From an uncultured Eubacteriales bacterium (GTDB lineage: Bacteria > Bacillota > Clostridia > Oscillospirales > UMGS1783), in contig CAKSHC010000002.1 in assembly GCA_934456365.1 (NCBI GenBank), forward strand, positions 160,508 to 224,507: DNA of 64,000 bases. Reading direction: 5' to 3'. This document shows positions 63,301-64,000 of this stretch, in pieces. Numbering within the stretch: the stretch's first letter is position 1; each line of letters begins with the position of its first letter. Below the pieces are notes generated by a model, which searched no databases, was not told the DNA's origin, and saw only the letters and a list, made by a program, of their open reading frames with translations. Both the position numbers and the translations under genes were made by a program.

Positions 63301-64000
63301 ACGGCGAGTTTGAGCGCGTGACCGAAACGCCGCTTTCTCCGGAAATTCTTTCCTACACCTACCCCTCGCTTCAGGAGAACACCACCTATACCTTTGCGGT
63401 CACTTCCGTGAGCGGCAGCGGCATGGTGTCGGCGTTTTCCAACAGCAAAACCTTCTCAACCTTCTCGGGCGCCGACGGCCGGGAAATCGAATTCCGAAAC
63501 AACGGCAGCACCATCCAGTGGCGCTATGCGGGTGAGGGAGACGACGCTTACCGCGATCTCGTTTCGCTCGCCGATCTGACAGGCTCCGACGGCGCAGACG
63601 GAAAACAGATCGAGCTGCGGGTCTATAACGGGTTTGTGCAGTGGAAGTACAGCGGGGATTCCGCCTGGCGCGATCTGATCGCCCTGTCGGATCTGAAGGG
63701 CGAAAAGGGCGACCCCGGACAGGACGGGAAAGACGGCATAACGCCGCGGCTGAAAATAGACGACGACAACTTCTGGTATGTTTCGTATGACGGCGGCCAA
63801 AGCTGGATTTCCCTTGGCGTAAAAGCCACCGGAGAAACCGGCGCGCCGGGGCAGGAGGGGAAAGACGGCAAGGATGGGCGCGGAATCGCCAAAGCGGAGA
63901 TCAACGCAAACGGCGAGCTTACCCTCACCTATACGGACGGCACAACGGTCAACCTCGGTAAGGTCGTCGGCGCGGACGGGAAAGACGGTCAGATCCCCTT
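60393..64000 (+). CDS. giant secreted protein (more than 1200 aa, 3' partial) with FG-GAP/VCBS-like repeats, an unassigned beta-rich central region, an FN3 domain and collagen-like triplets
   Basis: ATG 8 nt after a GGAGGT RBS, with signal peptide MKVRVLGILLTLCLAASAVAP. The frame stays open to the window end, so it is absent from the ORF track. Calcium-binding-like loops DIDRDGCDELAV, DINCDGYEEIVVAG and GDVNKDGL. FN3-like region VPELTGVSVTDRQSAKITWEAP...TYTFAVTSVS. Then repeats IQWRYAGEGDDAYRDLVSLADL and VQWKYSGDSAWRDLIALSDL followed by G-x-x triplets. Confidence 0.7.
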   Translation, partial: MKVRVLGILLTLCLAASAVAPVVSHFAPGAAASGAYGALLAPDTTPPAGWEEDASNPYGTKQGQPFAITPWYEPILYGTRNAENEAAKDHTKVYDKLTLGKNIIESPSGSYSLSSVDNVAFAVGTAYDPLGTGRNDHAIFVGLCDLDNTRNTAKVCFWVQNLVTDQRSDLQKIADAPKWACKTDYGELEYQEFRHYFNVTAGDYDGDGKMTAVITYAGSDDLWGIAGTGIAGEPKFYIRSFAGADTYFGGWETTEYERDQITKSLVSLDIDRDGCDELAVVAGAAEPLPYSTGMAPGLPGVSADAYALFVSKLTVYKNNSGTFKKISQKKLMTLNREDEKEDGNRYYDHIRFPNIAAADINCDGYEEIVVAGYHNEVKEEKLYGFLANSDADASNMGYAVYYSETDAITNVQKIAMSRYTAGGTDNNGVKPKPAMTGVAINGRGTPEQVFIAGGLYEVQENGALNLLCDTARDKNKSARWWWYYQDAIAGNFDHNTEGREQVIALAAERQDGTKNARKFDLFTDVYYGENFGSGALSTAGKYTVTAENDEYSKLCHDVDLAWDMPYNCILLAGDVNKDGLFARYEGKGYGYSDAQVQAVLQAAPYFSEIGDYDLDFSDGSTTYTFSSGYSDTKSSSHNTSFGASIVVQGDLKVWRYEATLGYTMDFTKSTEDTLSKEYSASFNAGGNDSVVLYRVPATTYYYSVYDPQKGDFDLSEKNTIALMIPGQPVYTMLDREYYDEFAKLYNETYKEDIAAGKAKALPLLTRHVLPENAEGDPFAYWSNPGSSDESVTQFESLSKQKYELGFGASSITNDWTITSEHAEGIEMAHGFSASMKSTWGTDAFNMGFAIDFSYSHAKGTVYTTTESSGASGTVNNIDRRSLLSSYGIGYDVSGQYGFTWDFGMRTWTAGDQKIPVFGYVLTNLRAAPPVPELTGVSVTDRQSAKITWEAPAADSRRPFAGYHIWMRLDDGEFERVTETPLSPEILSYTYPSLQENTTYTFAVTSVSGSGMVSAFSNSKTFSTFSGADGREIEFRNNGSTIQWRYAGEGDDAYRDLVSLADLTGSDGADGKQIELRVYNGFVQWKYSGDSAWRDLIALSDLKGEKGDPGQDGKDGITPRLKIDDDNFWYVSYDGGQSWISLGVKATGETGAPGQEGKDGKDGRGIAKAEINANGELTLTYTDGTTVNLGKVVGADGKDGQIP

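Noticed and set aside
1-64000. CRISPR arrays, rRNA genes, transposases, integrases, phage genes.
   Set aside because: None found. The only tandem DNA repeats are protein-coding collagen-repeat units and a 19-nt GAAATGAGAAAT duplication.

Overview
High-GC chromosomal window, by gene content most likely from a spore-forming Clostridia-class Firmicute. Sporulation markers are an alpha/beta-type SASP, a gerA-type germinant receptor operon, yqfC/yqfD and a ylbJ-like gene. Most of the window is housekeeping: ppdk 3' end, asnS, the rpmH-rnpA-yidD-yidC-jag block, recG-cysS-cysE behind a Cys T-box leader, recA-recX-rimO-pgsA, the phoH-ybeY-era-recO-mutS2 run, and one tRNA-Thr(CGU). Three accessory regions stand out. 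(1) About 14 ORFs lie back-to-back on the minus strand at 6041-19458, behind a single strong sigma-A promoter at 19544-19572. The core of this run is an unusual lipid-acylation module: an A-T didomain, a tandem PlsC-type acyltransferase, a FAAL-like ligase, a stand-alone ACP, an LRAT-domain::Sfp-type PPTase fusion, an alpha/beta hydrolase, DegV/FakB, a GPH/MFS_2-type transporter and YloV/FakA. This is the best candidate for an undescribed system. (2) A ydjG/ydjH/ydjI-like zinc-ribbon/TPM/SPFH module with no pspA, followed by a membrane-anchored CHAP amidase. (3) A block downstream of tRNA-Thr with three regulators and three large surface proteins (one frameshifted) that share a beta-strand repeat fused to collagen-like triplets. 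A separate 1127-aa cell-wall-sorted beta-helix protein (2511-5894) shares a Cys/His repeat with the CHAP amidase. All coordinates off the ORF track are approximate (+/- a few nt). Many long ORFs antisense to real genes are GC-frame artefacts and were rejected.
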